64,000 nt of DNA from an uncultured Phycisphaerales bacterium (GTDB lineage: Bacteria; Planctomycetota; B15-G4; CAYZWU01). Shown piece by piece: positions 48,496-57,720 of this stretch. The notes beneath the pieces were generated by a model. The model did no database searches. It had not been told where the DNA came from and saw only the letters and a program-made list of their open reading frames with translations. How positions within the stretch are numbered: position 1 is the stretch's first letter; each line of letters begins with the position of its first letter. The stretch is from positions 34,067 to 98,066 of the forward strand of contig CAZIUL010000007.1 in NCBI GenBank assembly GCA_964542475.1. Reading direction: 5' to 3'. Both the position numbers and the translations under genes were made by a program.

Positions 48496-50124
48496 ATGAA
48501 CGAACAGGTGATTTCCCGGGATTCCGGCAATGCTCAGGCACAAAACCGCCCCAACCGAGCGGCTCTCCTGGCGGCCATCCTTGCAGGGATAGCGGCTTTC
48601 GCGCTTCTTGCCTGGAAGTTCAACTGGATCTGCGACGACGCGTTCATCTCGTTCCGCTATGCCAAAAACCTGGCCAACGGGAACGGGCTCTGCTACAACC
48701 CCGGCTCCCACACGCCGGTAGAGGGGTATTCCAATCCGCTCTGGACACTGCTCATGGCCCTGTTCGAAGCGCTGCGCCTTGATGTCACCGTATGGTCTCG
48801 CATCATCTCGGTTCTTTGCGGCGGGGCGCTCATCGTTCATGTTACGCGCTATACACGGCGTGCTTTCAGCCTGGGATTCGGCCAAACGGCCGCAGCGTCC
48901 CTTTTTCTCGCAACGCTCCCAACTGTAGCGGTCTGGTCCACCAGCGGGCTCGAGTCGATGCCGGCCTGCCTCCTGATCTTCATGACGTACGAGCGCCTTC
49001 TCGGCAGCAGCACGAAGCCTCACGGTATCCATGCGGCACTCCTCGGAACGTGCCTGTGCCTGATCCGGGCCGACGGTCCCGGCTTTCTCGCCTTGATCCT
49101 CGCAGCAGCAGCCTTTACCTGGTTTTTCCGCGGCAAAAAAGGCGCGCTTCTCCGCGCAAGCCTGGTGGTTGCAGCGGCGGCAACAGCAGCCGTGGCTATC
49201 CATGTTGCCTGGCGGTACTCGTACTACAACGACTTTGTCCCGAACACCGCGCACGTAAAGGCCGGGCTCTCCATGATTCGCATCGAGCGCGGTGTCTACT
49301 ATGTCATGAGTCTTTTTCTCGCGGTTCCTTCGCTGGCGCTTGTGCTCATCTTCTCGCTGCTCCCGCGATCCAGCCCTTCGAGGCCGCCCGCAGCAGGCGC
49401 GTTATGGATGACCTTCGCAACAGCAGCCTACGCAATTTACGTGGGCGGCGACTTCATGACAATGGGCAGGTTCCTCCTGCCTGCAATGCCTTTCGCGGCG
49501 GTGCTGTTCGCAGGAATCCTGTGCGGGCCCCGTGTAAAACGCACAAGCTTCGTCGCGCTGTTCGCTTTCACGGTCCTGGCCCTCTCCATGCTTCCGTGCT
49601 TCGACTTAAACCCAATACCGCGCGCCGCGCGCGAAAAGTTCCATTTCCGCTGGGGCGACAGCGAGTACAGAACCGAACACGCTATCTGGGAGGCAATGAA
49701 ACGAAACACCGAGACATGGACCTTTCTCGGCAAAGAGCTGAAGCGCTTCACAAAACCCGGCGAATCAATCGTGCTCGGGCCGATCGGCGCTCAGGGGTAC
49801 TACTCCGACCTTTTCATCTACGACATCTACGGGCTCACCAACAGGGATGTCCTGAAAAGCAGCGGCCCGCCAAAGCGCAACAACCCCGGCCACGATTGCA
49901 GCGTTCCGATCACGCACTTTTTGAAGCACCAACCGACCTATCTCGCTGCGTATATCGTTGACTCGGGCAGCACAAAAAACTCATCGGAACTATGGAAGCA
50001 ATGGCAAGAGATCCCGATCAGCCGCAATATCAAGATAGAAACGAATGCGCTCGGCCCGGACTCCGGATTCGGTCCGGGCAAGGAGCTCCTTCTCCTGCGG
50101 TACTTACCGGCGCAGGGCAGGTAG
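48496..50124 (+). CDS. Multi-TM GT-C-type glycosyltransferase-like membrane protein
   Basis: CDDAFISFRYAKNL, VEGYSNPLW, SGLES, PNTAHVK, GGDFM..GRFLLP and DIYGLT motifs. Confidence 0.8.
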   Translation: MNEQVISRDSGNAQAQNRPNRAALLAAILAGIAAFALLAWKFNWICDDAFISFRYAKNLANGNGLCYNPGSHTPVEGYSNPLWTLLMALFEALRLDVTVWSRIISVLCGGALIVHVTRYTRRAFSLGFGQTAAASLFLATLPTVAVWSTSGLESMPACLLIFMTYERLLGSSTKPHGIHAALLGTCLCLIRADGPGFLALILAAAAFTWFFRGKKGALLRASLVVAAAATAAVAIHVAWRYSYYNDFVPNTAHVKAGLSMIRIERGVYYVMSLFLAVPSLALVLIFSLLPRSSPSRPPAAGALWMTFATAAYAIYVGGDFMTMGRFLLPAMPFAAVLFAGILCGPRVKRTSFVALFAFTVLALSMLPCFDLNPIPRAAREKFHFRWGDSEYRTEHAIWEAMKRNTETWTFLGKELKRFTKPGESIVLGPIGAQGYYSDLFIYDIYGLTNRDVLKSSGPPKRNNPGHDCSVPITHFLKHQPTYLAAYIVDSGSTKNSSELWKQWQEIPISRNIKIETNALGPDSGFGPGKELLLLRYLPAQGR

Positions 50125-50227
50125 CGTGCCGTCCGGAAAAACAGTACAATAGCCCCGGCCGCAGGGCCGTGGTTTTCAAAGGGTTCCCAGGCCTTTTTTT
50201 TAATGGTTTTTTCGCGGGGCGAGAACA

Positions 50228-51820
50228 ATGAAACGCAAAATGAACAGGAACAGCGGCATCTTAACCCTGTTTTTCATCTTCTGCTCCTGCGGCGCCTTCT
50301 CGTGCAAGGATTCGGCAAAAGTTCCCGGAGAGATGCGCGCTCACGAAAAAGCGATGGAAAAGTCGATCCCGGCAAAGAAGGTGAAAGAGATCGCAGAGGA
50401 AGATATCTTCACGGTTACCAGCGCGCCCAGGTGGTTCACGGATGACGCGCACTCGCTGAAACAGCAGGTGGACGGGTTTCTTGCAAAGGCCGAGAAAAAG
50501 GAGCTCCCGGGCCGTGTAAAAGCGTTGATATCGCCTCACGCCGGGTTCATGTGCTCCGGCCGGGTTGCCGCCTGGTCGTACTGCCAGGTGGCCGGGCATG
50601 AATATGACACGGTCATTGTGGTAGGGTTCAACCACAGGCCACGCGCCCAGGGCATCGCCGTGTACGCCAAGGGCGGGTTCCGCACACCTCTGGGGGTCAT
50701 CCCCATTGACACTGACACAGCGGATGAGCTGATCAGAAGCCACGAGCGGATTCAGCACAACCCCTCGGCGTTCGCGGGCGAACACTCGCTGGACAACCAG
50801 CTCCCGTTCCTTCAGCGCGCCCTGGGCTCGTTCTTCCTGGTCCCTGTTCTTCTGTGCAGCCAGGATGACCACAACATCGACGCGCTGGCGGAAGCGTTGA
50901 TCTCCGCCGCAAAAAACAAGCGTGCGCTCCTGGTGGCAAGCACCGATCTCAGCCACTTCTGGCCGCACGAACAGGCGGCAAAACTCGACCGCGAGGCGCT
51001 TGAAAAGGTGCTTGAACTCGATGCCGGCGGGCTTGCGGATCTTCTCGGAAACGACCCGACCGGCCGCAGGATGTGCGGAAGAGGCGCTGTCCAGGCGGTG
51101 ATACGCGCGGCAACCGGGCTTGGCGCCGACACGGCACACCTGTTGCAATACGCGGACAGCTTTGACACGACCGGGACATCGGAAGGCCGCGTTGTAGGGT
51201 ACTGCGCGGTTGCTCTCACAGGACCGGACAATGGAACGACATCCGGAAAGGGAGAGGAAATGAAAAAATTCGATAATGACAAGGAACTGGATTCCGGGGA
51301 TTGCAGGCGGCTTCTCGAGATAGCGAGGAAATCGCTCGACCTTTTTGTGCGGGAGGGCAAAAAGATCGATGTGCCTGACGATCGCCCGCGCCTGAACGCA
51401 AAGCGGGGCGTTTTCGTGACTCTCAACAAAAACGGGCGGCTTCGCGGATGCATGGGGCATTTCGAGGATGACACAAGGCTTTGCGAAATTGTTGCGCGCC
51501 AGGTGACTGTTTCAGCAGCACAAGACCCGCGCTTCAGGCCGGTTGAGGCGGATGAGCTCGATGACATCACCATCGAGATCTCGGTGCTCAGCGTTCCTGA
51601 AGAGACGGACTCGTTCGAGGAGATCGAGGTGGGGCTTCACGGGGTCATCCTCCGAAAAAAAGGCCGAGGAGCGACATTCCTGCCACAGGTCGCGCCTGAG
51701 CAGGGATGGGACCGGGACGAGATGCTCACGCATCTTTCCATGAAGGCAGGCCTCCCGGGAGACGCGTGGAAATCCGGAGCGACCTTCCTGCTCTACACCG
51801 CCCAGGTCTTCGGAGAATAA
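50228..51820 (+). CDS. AmmeMemoRadiSam protein B (MEMO) - protein A (AMMECR1) fusion with lipoprotein-like signal
   Basis: ISPHAG, GFNH, EHSLDNQLPFLQ, STDLSH and MCG (MEMO domain), then GVFVTL..GRLRGCMG, DPRF, ISVLS and ATFLPQV (AMMECR1 domain). Confidence 0.92.
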   Translation: MKRKMNRNSGILTLFFIFCSCGAFSCKDSAKVPGEMRAHEKAMEKSIPAKKVKEIAEEDIFTVTSAPRWFTDDAHSLKQQVDGFLAKAEKKELPGRVKALISPHAGFMCSGRVAAWSYCQVAGHEYDTVIVVGFNHRPRAQGIAVYAKGGFRTPLGVIPIDTDTADELIRSHERIQHNPSAFAGEHSLDNQLPFLQRALGSFFLVPVLLCSQDDHNIDALAEALISAAKNKRALLVASTDLSHFWPHEQAAKLDREALEKVLELDAGGLADLLGNDPTGRRMCGRGAVQAVIRAATGLGADTAHLLQYADSFDTTGTSEGRVVGYCAVALTGPDNGTTSGKGEEMKKFDNDKELDSGDCRRLLEIARKSLDLFVREGKKIDVPDDRPRLNAKRGVFVTLNKNGRLRGCMGHFEDDTRLCEIVARQVTVSAAQDPRFRPVEADELDDITIEISVLSVPEETDSFEEIEVGLHGVILRKKGRGATFLPQVAPEQGWDRDEMLTHLSMKAGLPGDAWKSGATFLLYTAQVFGE

Positions 51821-51854
51821 GCACTTCCGCGCACCGTTCAAGGAAACCGGCAAC

Positions 51855-52994
51855 ATGAAATACACAAACGCGCGCTTCGATCAGGAACGGCGCCGTTTTC
51901 CGATCACTGAAAGGTTTGCGTACCTGGATCATGCCTCGCGCGGGCCGCTCTCGCCGCCCGCAAGCGAGCTGATCGAAAAGATCACCCGGGACATGGCAAT
52001 GCTGCACCCGCATCAGCTACTCGAGATGAACCGGGAGTTCGAGGATGCGCGCCGGAACATTGCCACGCTCATAGGAGCACCCTCCGGTTCTATCGGGTTC
52101 ATACCAAACACATCGTCAGGCCTTGCCATGGCAGCCGGATCGCTTCCCATCACTAAAGGGCAAAACATCGTGTGCGCGCGCAACGAGTTCCCCGCCAACA
52201 TCTACCCGTGGCTGAACCAGCGCGAAAAAGGAGTGGAGGTCCGGTTCATCGACCCCTCCCCCTGCGGCGTCACGGCCGACGATGTCCGGGCCGCAATGGA
52301 CGGCAAAACGGGCATCGTGGCGCTTTCGTGGGTGGGGTTTTCGGACGGGGCGCGAATAGACACGCGGTCCATCGGAAGCCTCTGTTCGGAAAAGAAGGTT
52401 TTTTTCGTGGTGGATGCCATCCAGGGGACAGGCGCTTTGAAGGTCGATCTCGAAGACATCGACATCCTTGTCAACGGCACTGGAAAGTGGACGCTCGCGC
52501 CACAGGGAGGGGGGTTCGTCTATGTCCGCCCCGGCCTCATCGAAAGGCTGCATCCCGACCGCACGGGCTGGCTGTCCATGAATGCGTTCGCCGGGCTCGA
52601 AAACTTCGACAGGCTCACCGACTACAGGTTCGAGCTCGCTAAAGACGCGCGCAGGATCGAGACCGGCAGCAATTCGCCGCTGGTTCAGAGGGCGCTCGGC
52701 GCGAGCAGCCGCTACCTGCACGAGCTGGGCACCGCCGCCATCGAGGAGCGGATCATCGGGCTTTGCGACCGCCTGATCGAGGGCCTCCGCCAAAAGGACC
52801 TGGCAATCATGAATCCGCTCATCGAAGGCCAAAGGTCGGGGATCGTATGCTTCAGGCCTGCTGACGCGGCGAAAGCCGTTGAAAAACTGATTGCCCGGGA
52901 TGTGCTCGTATCCGCGCGCGAGGGAAACGTGCGCGTGGGGATTCATTTTTACAACAACGAGGAAGACATCGATAGGCTGTTGGATGGTGTGTAA
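51855..52994 (+). CDS. Class V PLP-dependent aminotransferase-fold enzyme
   Basis: YLDHAS, NEFPAN, VDAIQG, GTGKW (PLP Lys) and IHFYN motifs. No persulfide Cys loop seen. Confidence 0.88.
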   Translation: MKYTNARFDQERRRFPITERFAYLDHASRGPLSPPASELIEKITRDMAMLHPHQLLEMNREFEDARRNIATLIGAPSGSIGFIPNTSSGLAMAAGSLPITKGQNIVCARNEFPANIYPWLNQREKGVEVRFIDPSPCGVTADDVRAAMDGKTGIVALSWVGFSDGARIDTRSIGSLCSEKKVFFVVDAIQGTGALKVDLEDIDILVNGTGKWTLAPQGGGFVYVRPGLIERLHPDRTGWLSMNAFAGLENFDRLTDYRFELAKDARRIETGSNSPLVQRALGASSRYLHELGTAAIEERIIGLCDRLIEGLRQKDLAIMNPLIEGQRSGIVCFRPADAAKAVEKLIARDVLVSAREGNVRVGIHFYNNEEDIDRLLDGV

Positions 52995-53024
52995 AGCTCT
53001 GCGGGCGGATTCCGTGTTCCGTGT

Positions 53025-53798
53025 TCAAGAAGAGGGCGCATCGAAAAGAATGCTCGAACAGGTCAGGCCGGCTTCCGCCTTCATGAGCTCTGATATGTCC
53101 ACGATCCTTGTCTCAAATCCCCTGGCTTTCACCTTTTCGGCGGTCCCTGTAAACCCCGCGTGAAGGCAGATCACATCGTTGATACAAAGCGCGTTCGCTG
53201 CCGTGGGTTCTCCCTGCGCAACATTGACCACATCAAACCGCTCGAAAGGGCCAAGGTCGAGCCATTCCGGGTTCGCCAGCAAGGTGCCGTCATCCAGCGC
53301 AACGCAGGCGGATTTCAGGTGAAGGCATCCATGAAGAGCGACCGGAACGATCCTGTAACCCAAGGGTTCGAGTATCCTTTTCAGCGTGTCCGCGCCTTCG
53401 GCATTGGTCCGCCTGGACAGCCCAACGTAAAGGGTCGACCCGACCCGGAGCACATCGCCCCCTTCAAGCGTTGCGGGGGGCCTTATCCGTTCGATCTTGC
53501 GGTATGCTGACAGCGCCTCTTCCACAACAGCGGTCTCACCGTTTCGCGACTCAACCCCCATGTTCGCAATGACAGCCGCCTCATCCACCACAACCGCGGT
53601 GTCCTCGACAAAGGTGCAATCCGGAAAACGCTCGTTTCCATCGAGCTCGATCACCCGCGCACCACACTCTCGAAGCAGGCCGCAGTAGGCTTCGTGCTGC
53701 TCAACAGCGAGTGAGTAATCGATAGGAAGCCGGTCGTGATACGAAAGTTCGCACCTGTTCACATCCCGGGAAACGACATGAGTCAAAGCGGTCAGCAT
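53025..53798 (-). CDS. Dimethylarginine dimethylaminohydrolase family (amidinotransferase superfamily)
   Basis: QHEAY, PDCTFVEDTAV, EGGDVL, LHLKS and GLTCSS (catalytic Asp/His/Cys); GGAGG RBS before ATG 53798. Confidence 0.92.
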   Translation of the reverse strand: MLTALTHVVSRDVNRCELSYHDRLPIDYSLAVEQHEAYCGLLRECGARVIELDGNERFPDCTFVEDTAVVVDEAAVIANMGVESRNGETAVVEEALSAYRKIERIRPPATLEGGDVLRVGSTLYVGLSRRTNAEGADTLKRILEPLGYRIVPVALHGCLHLKSACVALDDGTLLANPEWLDLGPFERFDVVNVAQGEPTAANALCINDVICLHAGFTGTAEKVKARGFETRIVDISELMKAEAGLTCSSILFDAPSS

Positions 53799-53831
53799 AC
53801 GGCAGCCGGCCTCCATGCTTTGGATAGGCGC

Positions 53832-55169
53832 TCAAACCTTGGGCAGTTCCCAGGGTGCGCGGTAGTGGGCGCGCACCATCTCCTGCGCCTCGGCATCGCC
53901 CACGATCTCCTCCTTTTCATCGTCCCAATCCACTTTTCTGCCGGTCCTGAACGCGATGTTCGAGAGATGGCAGGCCTTCATGGACTGGTGAGCGATTTCC
54001 ACGTCGGACACCGGCTTTTCGCGGCTCTTGACGCAGTCGAGGAAGTTTTTGACATGAAGGAACTCGCAGCTGACCGAGCCCTTCTGACGTGGCACCGGCG
54101 TCATCTTGAACCTGCTTCCGCCCTCCGAAGGCTCGGTTTCGGCAGCGATCTCCCATCCCAGCCTGTCAACGACAAGCACTCCGTCGCTGCCTTGAAACGC
54201 AACACCATGCTCGCGCTGCCACGGTCCTATCCCGATGCCGATGGCGTGCTCCCAGATGACCGAAAAACCGTCGTACACCAAAACAGCCTGCTGGGTGTCC
54301 GGGGTTTGCCTTACATCGTCCGGAAAGCCGAACTTGCCCCCCACGGAGATCGCTGATTTCGGTGCCTGGACGTTCATCCCCAAGTTCGCGATATCCAGCA
54401 TGTGCGCGCCCCAGTCCGTCATCAGCCCGCCTGCGTAATCCCAGAACCATCGGAACGAAAAATGGAACCGGTTCCGGTTGAAAGGACGTTTAGGCGCCGG
54501 CCCAAGCCACATCTCATAGTCAACGTTGGCCGGCACCGGCTCGTCTTCCATCGCTTCGAAACGGTACACCCAGTTCAGGTAAGCCCAGCACCTTACCATC
54601 CTGACCTTGCCTATCCCTCCGGATTTCACGATGTCAACGCACTGCCTGTAGTGATCGGCGCTTCTCTGCTGCGTGCCCATCTGCACGACCCGGTTGTGTT
54701 TGCGCGCAGCATTCACCATCACCCGCCCCTCTTCGATGGTCAACGAAAGAGGTTTTTCCACGTACACATCCTTGCCTGCCTGGCAGGCCATGATCGTGGG
54801 CAGCGCGTGCCAATGGTCCGGGGTCGCGTTTATGACCACATCCACATCTTTTCTGTCGATGACTTCCCGAAAATCCTTGGTTACGTCGACAGACTTCTTC
54901 GCCCCCCTTATCTGCTCAACGAGTTCGATGGCCATTTTCAGTTTCCACGAATCCACATCACAGATCACCGCGGGCTCAACCTCACGAACCTTCAAAAAGT
55001 GGTTGAGAAGACTCGTTCCCATTGCACCGCAGCCTATCAATGCGACGCGGATCTTTTCGTTAGGAGAAACAGTTTCTGCTGATGCGCGCCCGGCAAGCAC
55101 CGCGGTTGAAGCGAGCCCCGCGCCTGCGGCCAACTTGGTAAATTCACGTCGCGTCACGCTCTTCCCCAT
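53832..55169 (-). CDS. Tat-exported Gfo/Idh/MocA family oxidoreductase
   Basis: TRREF Tat motif; ALIGCGAMG, ATPDHWH, YVEKPL, GTQQRS, WLGPAP and DWGAH motifs. Confidence 0.93.
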   Translation of the reverse strand: MGKSVTRREFTKLAAGAGLASTAVLAGRASAETVSPNEKIRVALIGCGAMGTSLLNHFLKVREVEPAVICDVDSWKLKMAIELVEQIRGAKKSVDVTKDFREVIDRKDVDVVINATPDHWHALPTIMACQAGKDVYVEKPLSLTIEEGRVMVNAARKHNRVVQMGTQQRSADHYRQCVDIVKSGGIGKVRMVRCWAYLNWVYRFEAMEDEPVPANVDYEMWLGPAPKRPFNRNRFHFSFRWFWDYAGGLMTDWGAHMLDIANLGMNVQAPKSAISVGGKFGFPDDVRQTPDTQQAVLVYDGFSVIWEHAIGIGIGPWQREHGVAFQGSDGVLVVDRLGWEIAAETEPSEGGSRFKMTPVPRQKGSVSCEFLHVKNFLDCVKSREKPVSDVEIAHQSMKACHLSNIAFRTGRKVDWDDEKEEIVGDAEAQEMVRAHYRAPWELPKV

Positions 55170-55185
55170 GGCTTTCTTCTCCTGA

Positions 55186-56322
55186 TCAGGTTGGTTTTTT
55201 CGCATCGACTATTACCCCTCCATCCGGTAAATCAGAGGGGTCGAATCCAAAATCGGTTAAAAAACGGTCCGTAACCTCTTTGTTTATGTCCCAGGAGCAC
55301 ACATCCCTGCGGAACCGGTTCGCCAGCAGATAATCCACGGCAGGCCCGAACGTTCCCATGAACAGCCTGTTCGGCTGGGCCGAGCTCAGGCCTAGAGGGC
55401 CCTGCTCGCTCGCCCACAACGCATCCACAATGCAGAGCTGCTGCCTTGGAAACGCGATCTTTTTTTTCTTCGAGTCCATCTCGCCCAGGATCAGGGGGGT
55501 TTTGTTGACACAGATCAGGTAGTCGGTCCTGCCCTTTCCGTGGGCCGGCTTTGGATCAAAGGTTCCAAAGTGGTTTTTCATGCACATGGTGAAGCCGCCG
55601 AACTCCGGCTGATGGCCCTTGCACACCGCCAGGTTCACAATGATATCCACCTCGCCTTTCACGAGATGACCCAGGCATCCGGTCCTGTTCTTCGCGTTGT
55701 GAACCGGATTGCCGTGCCAGGGTTCCGGCACCTCGGCCTCCGCGTCGAACCCCCCCCACTGGCCCGCGATGTCCACTCCCTCGGGCAGCCCCTTGAACGG
55801 CGTCTTCCTGAGCATGTCCTTCCCGTGGCTCGCGTCGTAGATATGCACATTGGCGGGCTTGACCTCCAGAACATCGGTCAGCACCCGGCAAATCTTCGCC
55901 ATGACAGCCCCGCGAGTGTGCTGCATGGCCAGGTTGTTGGTCTTGACGGCGACAGTGACATCGCTCCATGATTTCCCCGGGGGCTTTATCAGGATCGCCT
56001 TCCAGGCGTCCGCAACACGCTTCTCGCGTGCAAGGGAACAGGCCATGAGGTCGATGTTCTCACTCACCTTTTCACTGTCGGTCAGCTTGTCCTGAGCACG
56101 CCACGGGATGACCGGTTTCAGAATCGTGGTCATATCTGTGTCATGAACCCCAACGACACGCAAAGGATCAAGGTTGGGATGGTACCTGAAGCTTCCTTCG
56201 GATGGATCGCTGCAGAGCCTAGGGATGAAAAACAACGTGCCCGTGCCAAGAGCGGTCGCTCCAAGGGCCGCTCCCTTGATAAAGGATCTTCGGGAAAGGT
56301 CCGCCTCAGAGTTGCCGCTCAT
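55186..56322 (-). CDS. Tat-exported DUF362 domain protein
   Basis: SRRSFIK Tat motif; VAVKTN, VNLAVCKGH...FTMCMKNHFG and LCIVDAL motifs. Confidence 0.75.
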   Translation of the reverse strand: MSGNSEADLSRRSFIKGAALGATALGTGTLFFIPRLCSDPSEGSFRYHPNLDPLRVVGVHDTDMTTILKPVIPWRAQDKLTDSEKVSENIDLMACSLAREKRVADAWKAILIKPPGKSWSDVTVAVKTNNLAMQHTRGAVMAKICRVLTDVLEVKPANVHIYDASHGKDMLRKTPFKGLPEGVDIAGQWGGFDAEAEVPEPWHGNPVHNAKNRTGCLGHLVKGEVDIIVNLAVCKGHQPEFGGFTMCMKNHFGTFDPKPAHGKGRTDYLICVNKTPLILGEMDSKKKKIAFPRQQLCIVDALWASEQGPLGLSSAQPNRLFMGTFGPAVDYLLANRFRRDVCSWDINKEVTDRFLTDFGFDPSDLPDGGVIVDAKKPT

Positions 56323-56446
56323 CGGTTCGGCTCCGATAAAAACCGAGTCACACGGGATAAACAAAACCGGACTTCCGCCTGCCGCCTCCGCTGGGCAAGC
56401 TTCACAACTATGTTTCGAAAGGATCCCGGATATCCTTTAGATTCAC

Positions 56447-57598
56447 TCAGCCCTCATCGGACCCTTTGCTTTCCCCGGAATCCTCCTCGGGTTCGGGCGG
56501 CGCCGGCATGTCGACCTTCACCAGGTCCATGCGCTTTGGATCGTTCGTTCCAAGCCCCCTGGCCGCGGCAGTGGCGATGTGCTTGGCAGGCCTGCCTTTT
56601 TTACCGCCTTCGGCGCGATTTGGCGCCTCTTCGAGCGGCACAAATCCCATATCCTTTCGCGCTTTCACGATCCACTCGTGAACGATCATGTCAACGGCAA
56701 CCGGGTCAGCGGACAGGAGAATCTTCTCGTGTTCGAAAAGATGGTTCATGGACATGAGCTGAGGCCCGCCGTCAGCAACACCGAAAAGACCGTCCAGGAT
56801 GTGCAGCCTGAGCTTGTCGCGCACGCAGGCGATGTTGTTTATATCCGCGATGTGAGGATCGCAGCAGTTCGCGTGGCAGAGCCAGGGGATGTCCACCACC
56901 GCGTGCGAAATGTTCTTGAGCGCGCCGGTTACGCCTGAGCATGCATGGTCTTTCAGCACCGGGATGTTGATGATCGCTGTGAGCTCGTTCGCAACCAGCT
57001 CCGCTACCTTGACCTGGCCCCATGAAAACTTCTGCGGCTCTGTGTCGAAACCCGAAAGAGGCTTCCCGCCCATGTAGTTCTCCTCTCTCAGGGCCGGCGT
57101 GCACCCCTTGAAAACCACATCTTTCTCAGCCAGCTCACCCCTCATTTTCTTCACGTAGTACTTGTGCAGTGTCTCTTCCACCTGGTCCCACACGATGATG
57201 TTCTTCATGGGAACGCCGGCTGCCAGCACACCGTTGTAAACCGTCTCCAGTATGCTCTCCTTGCTGCTGATCAGGCGGCCGCCGCCGCTGTTCAGCTTGA
57301 TGCCGACCACATCATCCGGCTTCACGAAACAACGCCATGCCGACGCTGTATCTTTTTTCCCTGTAAGCGCCAGCATACCGCGCTCAACCATCTTTTTGAC
57401 GCGATCCTCATCCAGCCGCTTTCCGAGCGTCACCGCGCCCGGCGCTGACACCTCGATGACACGGCTTTTCTCCCCTCCGGAAGGACGAGGCTCCTCAGCG
57501 CCCCTGAGAAGCGCTTGCGGGCCGAGCGCCGCTGCAGCGCCGGCTGTTGCGGTTTTTTTGATGAACGATCGCCGATCCATACCTGTTGTCTTTTTCAT
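56447..57598 (-). CDS. Tat-exported DUF362 domain protein
   Basis: DRRSFIK Tat motif; VGIKLN, INIPVLKDH..SGVTGALKN, LHILDGL and DPVAVD motifs. Confidence 0.85.
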   Translation of the reverse strand: MKKTTGMDRRSFIKKTATAGAAAALGPQALLRGAEEPRPSGGEKSRVIEVSAPGAVTLGKRLDEDRVKKMVERGMLALTGKKDTASAWRCFVKPDDVVGIKLNSGGGRLISSKESILETVYNGVLAAGVPMKNIIVWDQVEETLHKYYVKKMRGELAEKDVVFKGCTPALREENYMGGKPLSGFDTEPQKFSWGQVKVAELVANELTAIINIPVLKDHACSGVTGALKNISHAVVDIPWLCHANCCDPHIADINNIACVRDKLRLHILDGLFGVADGGPQLMSMNHLFEHEKILLSADPVAVDMIVHEWIVKARKDMGFVPLEEAPNRAEGGKKGRPAKHIATAAARGLGTNDPKRMDLVKVDMPAPPEPEEDSGESKGSDEG

Positions 57599-57720
57599 GT
57601 TCAAGGTCCTTAATCAACAAAACGAGTATGGGTGCCGGTCAACAACCTACCATAATTCGGGGGAGCCTTACGCAATTAGGGCGTTGGAATCGACTCCATC
57701 AACAATCAAGTCCCCCGAGT

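Noticed and set aside
51855-52994. Selenocysteine lyase or cysteine desulfurase linked to the Sec candidates
   Set aside because: No catalytic persulfide Cys loop is visible, so only the class V fold is supported.
53817-53834. TGA read-through fusing the Gfo/Idh/MocA gene to DDAH (same frame, 5 sense codons between)
   Set aside because: YRAPWELPKV is a natural family C-terminus, DDAH has its own GGAGG RBS, and the domains are unrelated. Same-frame adjacency is expected by chance.
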